A stretch of DNA of 64,000 nt, from assembly GCA_963725775.1 (NCBI GenBank), contig CAVRZT010000001.1, forward strand, positions 675,568 through 739,567, written 5' to 3'. Source of the DNA: an uncultured Actinomycetes bacterium (lineage in GTDB: Bacteria > Actinomycetota > Acidimicrobiia > IMCC26256 > DASPTH01). The translations under genes and the position numbers were made by a program. Below are positions 51,564 through 59,808 of this stretch, one piece after another. Under the pieces are notes generated by a model, which saw only the letters and a program-made list of their open reading frames with translations, was not told the origin of the DNA and did no database searches. Numbering within the stretch: the stretch's first letter is position 1; every line of letters begins with the position of its first letter.

Positions 51564-52376
51564 CTACCAGAGCTCGTCGGTGTACTTGTCGGTGCCGAAC
51601 TCGGTCTGGATGAACGGGCCGGTCCAGACGTGGGTGGCGAGACCGCTGTCGTTGATCGCCTGGCCGATCTTGGCGTAGCCGTCGGCCCAGCCCTCCTCGG
51701 GGTCGTGATCGAGGAAGTGCAGCTGGAGGAACCGGTTCGGTCCGGCCGCCGGGGGCGGCACGTCGGCGGGACGGTCGTCGAGGAGGGGCAGCGTCGTCGC
51801 GTCGAGCACGACGTCGGGACCCCACGGCTCGCCGAACGTGCCCGGGAGGTATGTGTCGCGGAACCAGGCGTCGACCTCGTCGTGCGTGTGACCCTCCTTC
51901 ACGTCACCCGCGACCACGACGAGGCCCGGGTAGTTGTGGTCGAGCGCGAGCTCGATGGTGCACGTGTCGTCGGCCTTGCGCTCGGCCCACCGCTTCTCGT
52001 AGAGCAGCGTGTGGACGTGGGTGCGCTGCTCGAACATGCGCCCGTTCTGGTGCAACCAGGTCACCTGCTCGACCGCCCACCGGTTCCACTCGTCGTGCTT
52101 GCCTTCGAGCACCCAGTAGATCGCGAGGTACGAGCCGACCTGGTTGTCGGCGGTCATGTCGCTGCCCGCGGGGTAGCGCAACGCCTTCATCCGCCGGGTC
52201 GCGACGAACCGGTCTCCCGCGAACTGCCATTCGCCGACCATGCAGCCTGAATAGAAGTGATCGTGCTCGTACCAGCGGTTGTACTCGACCTCCCGGCCCT
52301 TCTCGGGCTCGACCATCGTGAAGAGCAGGGTCCCGAGCTTGATCGGGTAGTCCTCCATGCCGGGAATCGCTTCCAT
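51564..52376 (-). CDS. Hypothetical protein, NRWY-x-x-(D/E)H family (member B)
   Basis: 270 aa. LLFTMVEPEKGREVEYNRWYEHDHFY, with a second EWNRW further in. RBS GAGGGAG. Confidence 0.7.
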   Translation of the reverse strand: MEAIPGMEDYPIKLGTLLFTMVEPEKGREVEYNRWYEHDHFYSGCMVGEWQFAGDRFVATRRMKALRYPAGSDMTADNQVGSYLAIYWVLEGKHDEWNRWAVEQVTWLHQNGRMFEQRTHVHTLLYEKRWAERKADDTCTIELALDHNYPGLVVVAGDVKEGHTHDEVDAWFRDTYLPGTFGEPWGPDVVLDATTLPLLDDRPADVPPPAAGPNRFLQLHFLDHDPEEGWADGYAKIGQAINDSGLATHVWTGPFIQTEFGTDKYTDELW

Positions 52377-52393
52377 GTTCTGCTCCCTCGCTG

Positions 52394-52440
52394 CGACCCG
52401 GGATACCCGGCTCGCGGCCGCTCGCTCGCGGTCCGGCGGG
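52394..52440 (-). repeat. Solitary diverged copy of the 56-bp repeat core
   Basis: The minus strand reads GCGAGCGAGCGGCCGCGAGCCGGGTATCCCGGGTCGCAGCGAGGGAG. An 18-nt exact match (GCGAGCCGGGTATCCCGG) to the 32.3-kb unit has about half of the next 21 nt matching. Here the palindrome extends to GCGAGCCGGG-TAT-CCCGGGTCGC. Confidence 0.35.
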
Positions 52441-52455
52441 CGACGCTAGCTTGTT

Positions 52456-52472
52456 TCTGACGGACCGTCAGG
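52456..52472. promoter_or_regulatory. Operator-like palindrome copy 5 (TCTGACGGACCGTCAGG)
   Basis: Matches 16 of 17 positions of the perfect copy at 14424. About 80 nt upstream of the start at 52376 (-). Confidence 0.55.
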
Positions 52473-52652
52473 TCCGGCGGAGGACGCCAACGCTATCTGT
52501 GAGTACCGCTACCTGCTGGGCAGCCCTGACGTACGCCAGGCACTCTTGCTAGCTACTCTCCGTGAGCAGGGCGGGATACTCACCAGAGGGCGGGGAGTTC
52601 AAGGGCGTCTCTCTGGCCGTCTTCATCAATCGACGTGCCAGAGGGGCAGGAC

Positions 52653-53138
52653 ATGAAAAAGGTCACTCAAGGAATCGCAGCGCTGGCAGTGGGCGTTGGA
52701 ATCGTCACCGGAGTCGGGGGGACCGCCTTCGCAGCCAAGGCCAAGCCCGCCACCGTGGCCCAGGTCACGGAAGCGGTCGGGCTCATCGTCAAGGACCAGC
52801 AGGACGTCACCCAAGCCTTCACCGGGTACTACCTGGACCAGATGCAGGTCGGCTGCAAGAACCAGCAGGCCCACGCCGCCGCCGTCAAGGCCATGGGTCG
52901 CCCGAAGCAGTACTCCAAGGCGAACTGGAAGACCCTGATGCAGGGCGTGGACTCCTACGCCAATGGAGCGACGATCTGCGTGGCGACCACGCAGATCGGC
53001 ATCGACGGCAAGGGTCAGGGAGCTGCCGTCAACAGCCAGGTCGATGCTGGCCTCAAGCAAGTCAAAGCCGCCTGGGCGACCGGCAACCAACTGGTCAACC
53101 AGGCCATCGCCAACGCCAACAAGACGGCCAAGCACTGA
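52653..53138 (+). CDS. Hypothetical secreted protein (orphan, lower-GC)
   Basis: ATG follows GAGGGGCAGG. Signal peptide MKKVTQGIAALAVGVGIVTGVGGTAFA. Mature part is Q/A/K-rich with two Cys. Codon usage is atypical for the window. Confidence 0.6.
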   Translation: MKKVTQGIAALAVGVGIVTGVGGTAFAAKAKPATVAQVTEAVGLIVKDQQDVTQAFTGYYLDQMQVGCKNQQAHAAAVKAMGRPKQYSKANWKTLMQGVDSYANGATICVATTQIGIDGKGQGAAVNSQVDAGLKQVKAAWATGNQLVNQAIANANKTAKH

Positions 53139-53165
53139 TGCGTCTCTAGCACCGGCAGAGACGCA
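53139..53165 (+). terminator. Hairpin immediately after the stop codon (TGCGTCTCT-N9-AGAGACGCA)
   Basis: 9-bp perfect stem starting at the base after TGA 53136-53138. No U-tract. Confidence 0.45.
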
Positions 53166-53261
53166 GTTGTCGGGTCGACCATCAACTTCGACGACCTGGG
53201 CGAATATGAACTCGAGGGCGTGCCCGGACGATGGAAGCTGCTCTCCATCACCTACGCGTAA
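53160..53261 (+). pseudogene. 3'-terminal fragment of a class III nucleotidyl (adenylate/guanylate) cyclase-like gene
   Basis: ..[31 protein letters not shown]-stop resembles the usual cyclase C-terminus (F.DLGEHELKGV...W.L). No upstream catalytic domain. Same frame as the preceding secreted-protein gene. Confidence 0.4.
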
Positions 53262-53288
53262 GTCCTGACGCTCGCTCATATCTGCCTG

Positions 53289-53390
53289 ATGCGCCGCCTG
53301 GTCGCCCGCGGCGAGCTGGAGGCCGTGAAGCTCCCGCGACGCCGGCGCCCGAAGGCGCAGCCGCGGACCTTCGTGCTCCTCGCGACCTGA
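53289..53390 (+). pseudogene. Remnant of an excisionase/MerR-like HTH gene
   Basis: MRRLVARGELEAVKLPRRRR.. resembles the recognition-helix/wing part (..YRLVARGELPAVKLGRR..) of Xis-type HTH proteins. The N-terminal half is missing. Confidence 0.3.
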
Positions 53391-53574
53391 CGGAACCTGG
53401 CGGTTCCCGAGGGCTCCCGTGGGCGCGCCGTAGGCACACGACGGCGTACACGCCCACCGCAACACCGCGCGACGGGCTGCGCACCGATCCCTTGGAACAT
53501 GCGCCATTCCGGGGCGTGGCGCTCTAGCCTGCGACACCGTGCGACAGTCGCAAACGTTCATCCAGAACGACACC

Positions 53575-53817
53575 ATGAAGATCGAGCTGTTGCACTTCGT
53601 GGAGCCGGGGGTCGGCGGCACGCCGTCGGCGACGCGCAACCAGGTCGGGCTCACGCACCGCTCCTTCTACGTCGACGACCTCGACGCCGCGACGGCGCAC
53701 CTCGTCGACTGCGGCGCGATCGTGATCGAGGAGACGCGGGCGACTCCCAGGATCGACCTTCTGTTCCTGGCCGACCCCGACGGTGTACACGTCGAGCTCA
53801 TGGCGCTCCCGGTCTGA
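53575..53817 (+). CDS. VOC-family protein, single module (short or truncated)
   Basis: MKIELLHFVEPG..GLTHRSFYVDDLDAATAHLVDCGAIVIEE..LFLADPDGVHVELM. Only about 80 aa. Confidence 0.5.
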   Translation: MKIELLHFVEPGVGGTPSATRNQVGLTHRSFYVDDLDAATAHLVDCGAIVIEETRATPRIDLLFLADPDGVHVELMALPV

Positions 53818-53820
53818 CCG

Positions 53821-54996
53821 ATGCCCGACGTCGAGCTCACCGACGACGACCCACGCTTCCGGAGCGACGTCGCGGCCTGGTTGGCCGACCACGTCGTCGG
53901 TGAGTACGCGGAGCTGAAGGGGCGCGGCGGCCCGGGCGACGAGGACGTCGGCTTCGACGTGCGTGTCGCGTGGGAGCACGAGCTGGGCAAGGCCGGCTTC
54001 ATCGGTCTCGGCTGGCCGGTCGAATTCGGCGGGCGCGGCGCGACCCTCGAGCAGCAGGTGATCTGGGCCGAGGAGTACACACGCGCGCAGGCGCCGGCGC
54101 GCGTCAACCACATGGGGGAGAACCTGCTCGCCCCGACCCTGATCGCCTACGGCACGCCCGACCAGCAGGAGCGGTTCCTGCCCGGGATCCTCCGCGGTGA
54201 CGAGCGCTGGTGCCAGGGTTACAGCGAGCCGAACGCGGGGTCCGACCTCGCCAACGTGGCGACACGCGCGCAGCTCGACGGCGACGAGTGGGTGATCAAC
54301 GGGCAGAAGGTGTGGACGTCGCTCGCGCACGTCTCCCACTGGTGCTTCGTGGTGGCGCGCACCGATCCCGAGTCGGCGCGGCACAAGGGGCTGTCGTTCC
54401 TGCTGGTGCCGATGGACCAGCAGGGCGTCGAAGTGCGCCCGATCGAGCAGATCACCGGCGGCGGCGAGTTCAACGAGGTGTTCTTCGACGACGCGCGCAC
54501 CGAGGCGGGGCTGATCATCGGCGAGGTGAACGACGGTTGGCGCATCGCGATGGGCCTGCTGGGCTTCGAGCGCGGCGTGTCGACGCTCGCGCAACAGGTC
54601 GGCTTCGAACGCGAGCTGGACCACGTGCTCGCGCTGGCGCGCGAGCACGGTCGTGCCGGTGACCCCGTCGTTCGCCAACGCTTGGCCGACGCCTGGATCG
54701 GCCTCCGGCTCATGAAGTGGAACGCGATGCGCAGCATGGCGGCCAAGGGCGTGCCGGGCCCCGAGGCGTCGATCTCGAAGCTGTTCTGGGGATCGTGGCA
54801 CCGCGACCTCGGCAACCTGATGATCGACCTGCTCGGCGCCGACGGCTTGGTCGCCGAAGCCCTGCCGTACGAGCTGACGCTGGAGCAGAAGCTGTTCCTC
54901 TTCAGCCGGTCCGACACGATCTACGGCGGCTCCAACGAGATCCAACGGAACGTGCTCGGTGAGCGTGTGCTCGGTCTCCCCAAGGAACCGTCGTGA
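53821..54996 (+). CDS. Acyl-CoA dehydrogenase (FadE-like)
   Basis: 391 aa, intact. RWCQGYSEPNAGSDLANVAT, WVINGQKVWTS, GGSNEIQRNVLGERVLGLPKEP. Confidence 0.9.
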   Translation: MPDVELTDDDPRFRSDVAAWLADHVVGEYAELKGRGGPGDEDVGFDVRVAWEHELGKAGFIGLGWPVEFGGRGATLEQQVIWAEEYTRAQAPARVNHMGENLLAPTLIAYGTPDQQERFLPGILRGDERWCQGYSEPNAGSDLANVATRAQLDGDEWVINGQKVWTSLAHVSHWCFVVARTDPESARHKGLSFLLVPMDQQGVEVRPIEQITGGGEFNEVFFDDARTEAGLIIGEVNDGWRIAMGLLGFERGVSTLAQQVGFERELDHVLALAREHGRAGDPVVRQRLADAWIGLRLMKWNAMRSMAAKGVPGPEASISKLFWGSWHRDLGNLMIDLLGADGLVAEALPYELTLEQKLFLFSRSDTIYGGSNEIQRNVLGERVLGLPKEPS

Positions 54997-55038
54997 CGTT
55001 GCGGATGACGCGAGCCCGAATCGGGTAGGTCGTCCGCC

Positions 55039-55905
55039 GTGAAGTTCCGCACCGGAGGGAGGCTCGACACCGGCCAGGTGTCCGACCGCCGGGGCATGGG
55101 CGGCCTCGGGGGCCTTGGCGGCCGCGGGGTCGCGTACGGCGGCGGCGGGATTGCCGGCGTCATCCTCGTGCTGGTCCTGCTGCTGGCCAACGGGCTCGGC
55201 GGCGGGGGAGGGTCGGGCTCGGCGAGCTTCAGCGGCGCCGGCGAGCTGAGCGCGAACTGCCAGACCGGCGCCGACGCCAACCAGCGCACCGACTGCCTCG
55301 TTACCGGCGTCGTCAACTCGGTGCAGGAGTACTGGTCCGGCGCGGTGCAGGGATATACGCCGGCACAGACCGTCCTGTTCGACGGCCAAGTCTCCACGGG
55401 GTGCGGAGTCGCGGACTCCTCGGTCGGCCCTTTCTACTGCCCGGGTGACGGGCAGGTGTACCTCGACCTCGGCTTCTACGACGAGCTGCGCACACGCTTC
55501 GGCGCGCAGGGCGGGCGCTTCGCTGAGGCCTACGTGCTCGCACACGAGTACGGCCACCACGTGCAGGACCTGCTCGGCACCGAGGCGCGCGTCGGCAACG
55601 ACCGCGAGGGCCCGACGTCGGCGTCGGTGCGGTTGGAGCTGCAGGCCGACTGCTTTGCCGGGGTGTGGGCCGCCCATGCGGTCGACACCGCGCTGATCGA
55701 GGAGATCACGGCGGCCGACATCGCCGATGGGCTCGACGCCGCGGCTGCGGTCGGCGACGACCGGATCCAGCGCGCCGCCACCGGCCGGGTCGACCGCGAG
55801 TCGTGGACCCACGGGTCGTCGCAGCAGCGCCGGCACTGGTTCTCGACCGGGTACGACGGGGGCGACCCGAACGCCTGCGACACATTCGCCTCGGATGCGC
55901 TCTGA
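55039..55905 (+). CDS. Neutral zinc metallopeptidase (YpfJ-like), membrane-anchored
   Basis: GTG start. N-terminal TM ([13 protein letters not shown]), Gly-rich linker and HEYGHHVQ zinc motif. Confidence 0.8.
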   Translation: MKFRTGGRLDTGQVSDRRGMGGLGGLGGRGVAYGGGGIAGVILVLVLLLANGLGGGGGSGSASFSGAGELSANCQTGADANQRTDCLVTGVVNSVQEYWSGAVQGYTPAQTVLFDGQVSTGCGVADSSVGPFYCPGDGQVYLDLGFYDELRTRFGAQGGRFAEAYVLAHEYGHHVQDLLGTEARVGNDREGPTSASVRLELQADCFAGVWAAHAVDTALIEEITAADIADGLDAAAAVGDDRIQRAATGRVDRESWTHGSSQQRRHWFSTGYDGGDPNACDTFASDAL

Positions 55906-55922
55906 CCTCTAGCGTCCCGGCC

Positions 55923-57111
55923 ATGGCTGCTGAGATCGGCGGACAGGTCGAACCGGGCTTCGAAGGAGTGCGCGACGCGTTCGCGAGCAACTTCGAGGAA
56001 CAGGGCGAGGTCGGGGCGAGCTACGCGTTCTACGTCGAGGGGACCAAGGTCGTCGACCTCTGGGGTGGGGTCCGCACCGACACCGGTGGCGCGTACGACC
56101 ATGACACGTTGCAGATCGTGTTCTCGTCGACCAAAGGTGCCACCGCCGCGTGCGCCCACCTGCTCGCACACCGCGGGCTCCTCGACGTCGACGCGCCGGT
56201 GGTCACGTACTGGCCCGAGTTCGGTCAGGCGGGCAAGGAGCACATCCCGGTGCGCTGGTTGCTCAGCCACCAGGCCGGGTTGCCGACGGTCGACGCCAAG
56301 CTGACGCGGGAAGAGGCGTTGGCGTGGGAGCCGGTGATCCACGCGCTCGAGGTCCAGGCGCCCTATTGGGAACCGGGCGTCGCGCACGGGTACCACACGC
56401 TCACGTACGGACACCTCGTGGGTGAGGTCGTGCGGCGCATCGACGGCCGGAGCCTCGGCACGTTCTTCCACGACGAGATCGCCGAGCCGCTCGGGCTCGA
56501 GTTCTGGATCGGGCTGCCCGAGGAGCTCGACGCACGCGTCGCGCCGATGATCCCGATGGGCACCGCCGACGGGCCGAGCGTCGAGGACCTGCTCGGTGCC
56601 GACGCGATGGTGGTGCGCGCGCTCACGCTCAACGGTGCGCTGTCGGGCGACCTCGCCTCGAACGCCAACCAGCGCGACTTCCGCGCCGCCGAGCTCCCGG
56701 CGGCCAACGGCGTCGCCAACGCGCGGTCGCTGGCACGGTTGTACGCCGGCCTGATCGGCGGTGTCGACGGCGGTCCGTCGGAGGGGCTCCTGTCGCCGGA
56801 GCAGATCGATCATGCCGCGCACGTTGCAGACGGCGGGTGCCGACCAGGTGCTGTCGTTCCCGGGCATCGATGTCGAGTCGACGATCGCGCTCGGCTTCTG
56901 GTCGGCGTCGCCGTTCGCGCCGATGGGTGGCGTGCACTCGTTCGGGCACTTCGGCGCCGGAGGCTCGGTCGGCTTCGCCGATCCCGAGCACCGCGTCGCC
57001 GGCGGCTACGTGATGAGCAAGATGAACATGGGCATCTCCGCCGACCCGCGATCGAGCGCGCTCATCCGGGCCAGCTACGAAGCCGCCGGGGCCACCATCA
57101 CCCACGTGTGA
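55923..57111 (+). pseudogene. Serine hydrolase (beta-lactamase/EstB family), one frameshift
   Basis: SSTKG (SxxK) and YHTLTYG motifs. After ..LLSPEQIDHA the sequence continues in ORF 56761..57111 (RTLQTAGADQVLSFPGIDVES..HFGAGGSVGFADP). The switch is near 56813. Confidence 0.75.
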
Positions 57112-58114
57112 GCGCGCGCGTGAGCCAGTCGACATCCTCCAGCCCGCGGAGGACGTCGTTGAGGTGGGTGCACGTGGTCGGGCCCACGAGCTGCGTACGC
57201 ACCTCGGGCCGGAGGTCGAGCACGCGCACGCCGACGATCCGCTCCGCGCTCCCGATCGCCTGTGGGCACTCGCGCCACGGCAGGACGCGCGGCACTGCAA
57301 TGCACGCCACGACGGTCATCGTCTCGGGGTCGACGGTCGTGTCGACGGTGTACTCGTGCACCACCGTCTCCTGACCCTCGGGTGACATGACGCTGTCGCG
57401 GAAGAACACGTCGGCGTGCACGAGGTCGTCGCGCCACACGTCGATCCGGCGGGCGCGCCGCGTCGCATCACCGGGGAGCGGCGCCACCTGGTGCCAGGCC
57501 TCCGGATCGTCGTCGTCGAGCACGGGGAGCGCCACCGGACCGAGCAGCATCGGCGGACGGCCGTCGACCAGGTTGTCGAGCAGGGTGCCGTCGGCCTGCC
57601 AGCCGGCGCAGAGATCGGCGATCTGTAGCCTCGGCTGGGATCGCATGCGCTCCCGGAACTCCTCGAGTTCGGCGTCGCCGCGGTCGGCGGCGGTCGTCAT
57701 CGCCACGCCGGACACCAAGGTCGCGCCGGGCACGTCGTCGAGGAGCAGGTAGGGGAGCGAGCCGCGCCGGGCGCCGGTCTGGAGATCGAGGACCTTGCGG
57801 AAGCCACCGCCGGCGCGCGCGCCGATCAGCGTGTCGAGCCCGTCGACCGCGGGCGTCATCGTGAGCTCGCGCACGAGCGTGCCGAGCGTGTAGTCGGTCA
57901 CGACGTGCATCTCCGCCGTCGCCACCACCGCGGCGGTGCCGTCGGCGCCGGTGAAGAGGTCGCGGGCCAGCCCGAGCTGGTGCACCGGACCGGTGAAGCC
58001 CTCGGGACGCGACGAATCGATGGTCGACGTGCGGCGGATGGATCCAGGACGGCGGGCGGGGGTCCCCGAGGTGGGATCAGCGGTGCCCTGCCGGGGGTCG
58101 GCGGGTTCAGGCAC
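57098..58114 (-). CDS. DUF2889-like protein
   Basis: C-terminal GPTTCTHLNDVLRGL resembles the DUF2889 signature as I recall it. The start is uncertain (GTG 58114 overlaps the upstream gene end by 8 nt). Confidence 0.55.
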   Translation of the reverse strand: MPEPADPRQGTADPTSGTPARRPGSIRRTSTIDSSRPEGFTGPVHQLGLARDLFTGADGTAAVVATAEMHVVTDYTLGTLVRELTMTPAVDGLDTLIGARAGGGFRKVLDLQTGARRGSLPYLLLDDVPGATLVSGVAMTTAADRGDAELEEFRERMRSQPRLQIADLCAGWQADGTLLDNLVDGRPPMLLGPVALPVLDDDDPEAWHQVAPLPGDATRRARRIDVWRDDLVHADVFFRDSVMSPEGQETVVHEYTVDTTVDPETMTVVACIAVPRVLPWRECPQAIGSAERIVGVRVLDLRPEVRTQLVGPTTCTHLNDVLRGLEDVDWLTRALTRG

Positions 58115-59279
58115 CCGGAGCCGGCGGCACGTGCGGGAACAGCTCGGCGAAGGCGCCGACGGTGATGCGGCGGCGGGCCGCGTCGTCGACGTCGTCGAAC
58201 AATTCGTGCAGCACCTTCTGGCTGTGGCCGAACGTGCCTTCGAGGTGCGGGTAGTCACTGCCCCACATCACGTTCTGCCAACCCATCGCGGTGTTGGCGT
58301 GCACCGCCGAGCGGTCGTGCTGGAACGATGCGTACACCTGGTCGTAGAGGTACTCGCTCGGCAGCTTCGAGAGCTTCGGTCGGGTGGCGAACCCGTGCTG
58401 GCGGTAGGCCTCGTCCATGCGGTCGGCGAGGAACGGCCCCCACGTCGCGCCGCCCTCCGACACGAGCACCTTGAGATCGGGGTGACGGTCGAGTGCACCC
58501 GACGCGATCAGCTGGGTCGTGCAGCGCTGACCGCCGTAGGTCGTCTCGACGTAGTTGAGCACCGCGCCGCCCGGGCCGCGGAAGTAGACGCCGGTCGACT
58601 CGTCGGGGGTGTGCGGCTCGGTGCCGATGTGGAAGCCGAGCACCATGCCGGTCTCCTCGGCGGCCGCCCACACGGGGTGCCACAGGTCGTGGTGGTACGG
58701 CGGCATGTCGAACGGCTGACCGGTCGTCATGAAGACGACCTTGAAGCCGAGGTCGGCGGCGCGGTGGATCTCGGCGACGGTGTCGTCGACGTCGAGCAGG
58801 GGCAGGGTCGCCGCGCACACGAACCGCGGCGAGGTGCGCTGGAACTCGATCGCCCAGTCGTTGAGCACCTTCACGCCCTCGCGCACGAGCTTGGGGTCGC
58901 GGATCGAGAACGCCCACGTCGCGAGCGACGGGTAGATCACCTCGCCCCAGATGCCTTCCTCGTCGAGGTCCACGAGGCGCAGCTTCGGGTCGTTGGCGCC
59001 GGGCGCGCGTGTGAACACCTCGACGAAGCCGACGGCCTCCGCGTCCTTCGGCTTCTTGCTCAGCTCCTCGATCTCCTCGGGGGTGTAGTCGGTACGGATC
59101 CGCGGCATGCGCCGCCGGAACGTCTGGCCGTCGACGTGGATCGTCTCGTGGCTGCCGTCGTCGTCCTTGACGCTGCGGGGCATGCGCTCGGCCAGATCGG
59201 CGGGGAGGTTCTTGGCGAACAGATCCGCCGGCTCGGTCAGGTGGGAATCTCCGGAGTTGGCCCAGATCTTGCCGTCCAT
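58107..59279 (-). CDS. Amidohydrolase_2-type metal-dependent hydrolase
   Basis: 390 aa, intact. NSGDSHLTEP, FHIGTEP, WGSDYPHLEGTF. Confidence 0.85.
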   Translation of the reverse strand: MDGKIWANSGDSHLTEPADLFAKNLPADLAERMPRSVKDDDGSHETIHVDGQTFRRRMPRIRTDYTPEEIEELSKKPKDAEAVGFVEVFTRAPGANDPKLRLVDLDEEGIWGEVIYPSLATWAFSIRDPKLVREGVKVLNDWAIEFQRTSPRFVCAATLPLLDVDDTVAEIHRAADLGFKVVFMTTGQPFDMPPYHHDLWHPVWAAAEETGMVLGFHIGTEPHTPDESTGVYFRGPGGAVLNYVETTYGGQRCTTQLIASGALDRHPDLKVLVSEGGATWGPFLADRMDEAYRQHGFATRPKLSKLPSEYLYDQVYASFQHDRSAVHANTAMGWQNVMWGSDYPHLEGTFGHSQKVLHELFDDVDDAARRRITVGAFAELFPHVPPAPGA

Positions 59280-59346
59280 GCGCGCGCTCCTTCAGGTGGG
59301 CTCGGGCCCCGTGCGGGTGCCCGGCCGTGATCCCGTCAGCATAACC

Positions 59347-59361
59347 GAAAACTGCGTTTTC
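59347..59361. other. A/T-rich palindrome GAAAAC-TGC-GTTTTC
   Basis: 6-bp perfect arms overlapping the DUF35 stop codon. Followed by an 80-nt gap before the amidohydrolase start. Confidence 0.25.
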
Positions 59362-59806
59362 AGATAGCCGACGGCCGGAAGACGGGCAGAGCCGATTCGC
59401 CGTCGCCGAGAGGCTCGAAGCCGACCGTCACCGCGAGGCCGATCACGAGCTCGTCGCGGGTGACACCGTCGACCCGGGTCAGCACCCGCACCGGTTCGCC
59501 CTGGGTGCCGTCGAGCTCGACGACGGTGATGTTGTACACGCCGAGGTGCGCCAGCTGCGGGGTCACCGGCCGGTCGACCCAGGTGTAGGTGTACACGTGG
59601 CCGGTGCCCGGCACGTCGGCCCACGACCACTGCAGCGACTGGCACGAGTAACACGCCTCGGTCGGAGGGTGGCGGTGGGTTCCGCAGTCGTCGCAGCGCT
59701 GGATGACGAGCCGGCCGTCGCGCGCGGCGCGCCAGTAGCCCTCGCTGGTCGGTTCGAGCGCGGGCCAGGGCAGCCCGCGCGGGGCGACGGCGTCACTTGT
59801 GGTCAT
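59360..59806 (-). CDS. DUF35 (Zn-ribbon + OB-fold) protein
   Basis: 148 aa. GRLVIQRCDDCGTHRHPPTEACYSCQS ribbon followed by an OB-fold region (YTYTWVDRP..NITVVELD). Confidence 0.8.
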   Translation of the reverse strand: MTTSDAVAPRGLPWPALEPTSEGYWRAARDGRLVIQRCDDCGTHRHPPTEACYSCQSLQWSWADVPGTGHVYTYTWVDRPVTPQLAHLGVYNITVVELDGTQGEPVRVLTRVDGVTRDELVIGLAVTVGFEPLGDGESALPVFRPSAI

Positions 59807-59808
59807 GA

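Noticed and set aside
1008-52472. Idea that the five palindromes are KstR or KstR2 boxes of the cholesterol regulon
   Set aside because: The consensus as I recall it (TnnAACnnGTTnnA; AnCAAGnnCTTGnT) does not fit CTGACG-N3-CGTCAG. I found no KstR-like box in the intergenic regions I read.
52575-52610. GGGGAGTTCAAGGGCGTCTC, superficially like a tRNA T-arm, at the edge of the lower-GC islet
   Set aside because: The flanking bases cannot form a T-stem and no acceptor or anticodon arms can be drawn. It is not a tRNA or a tRNA fragment that I can support.
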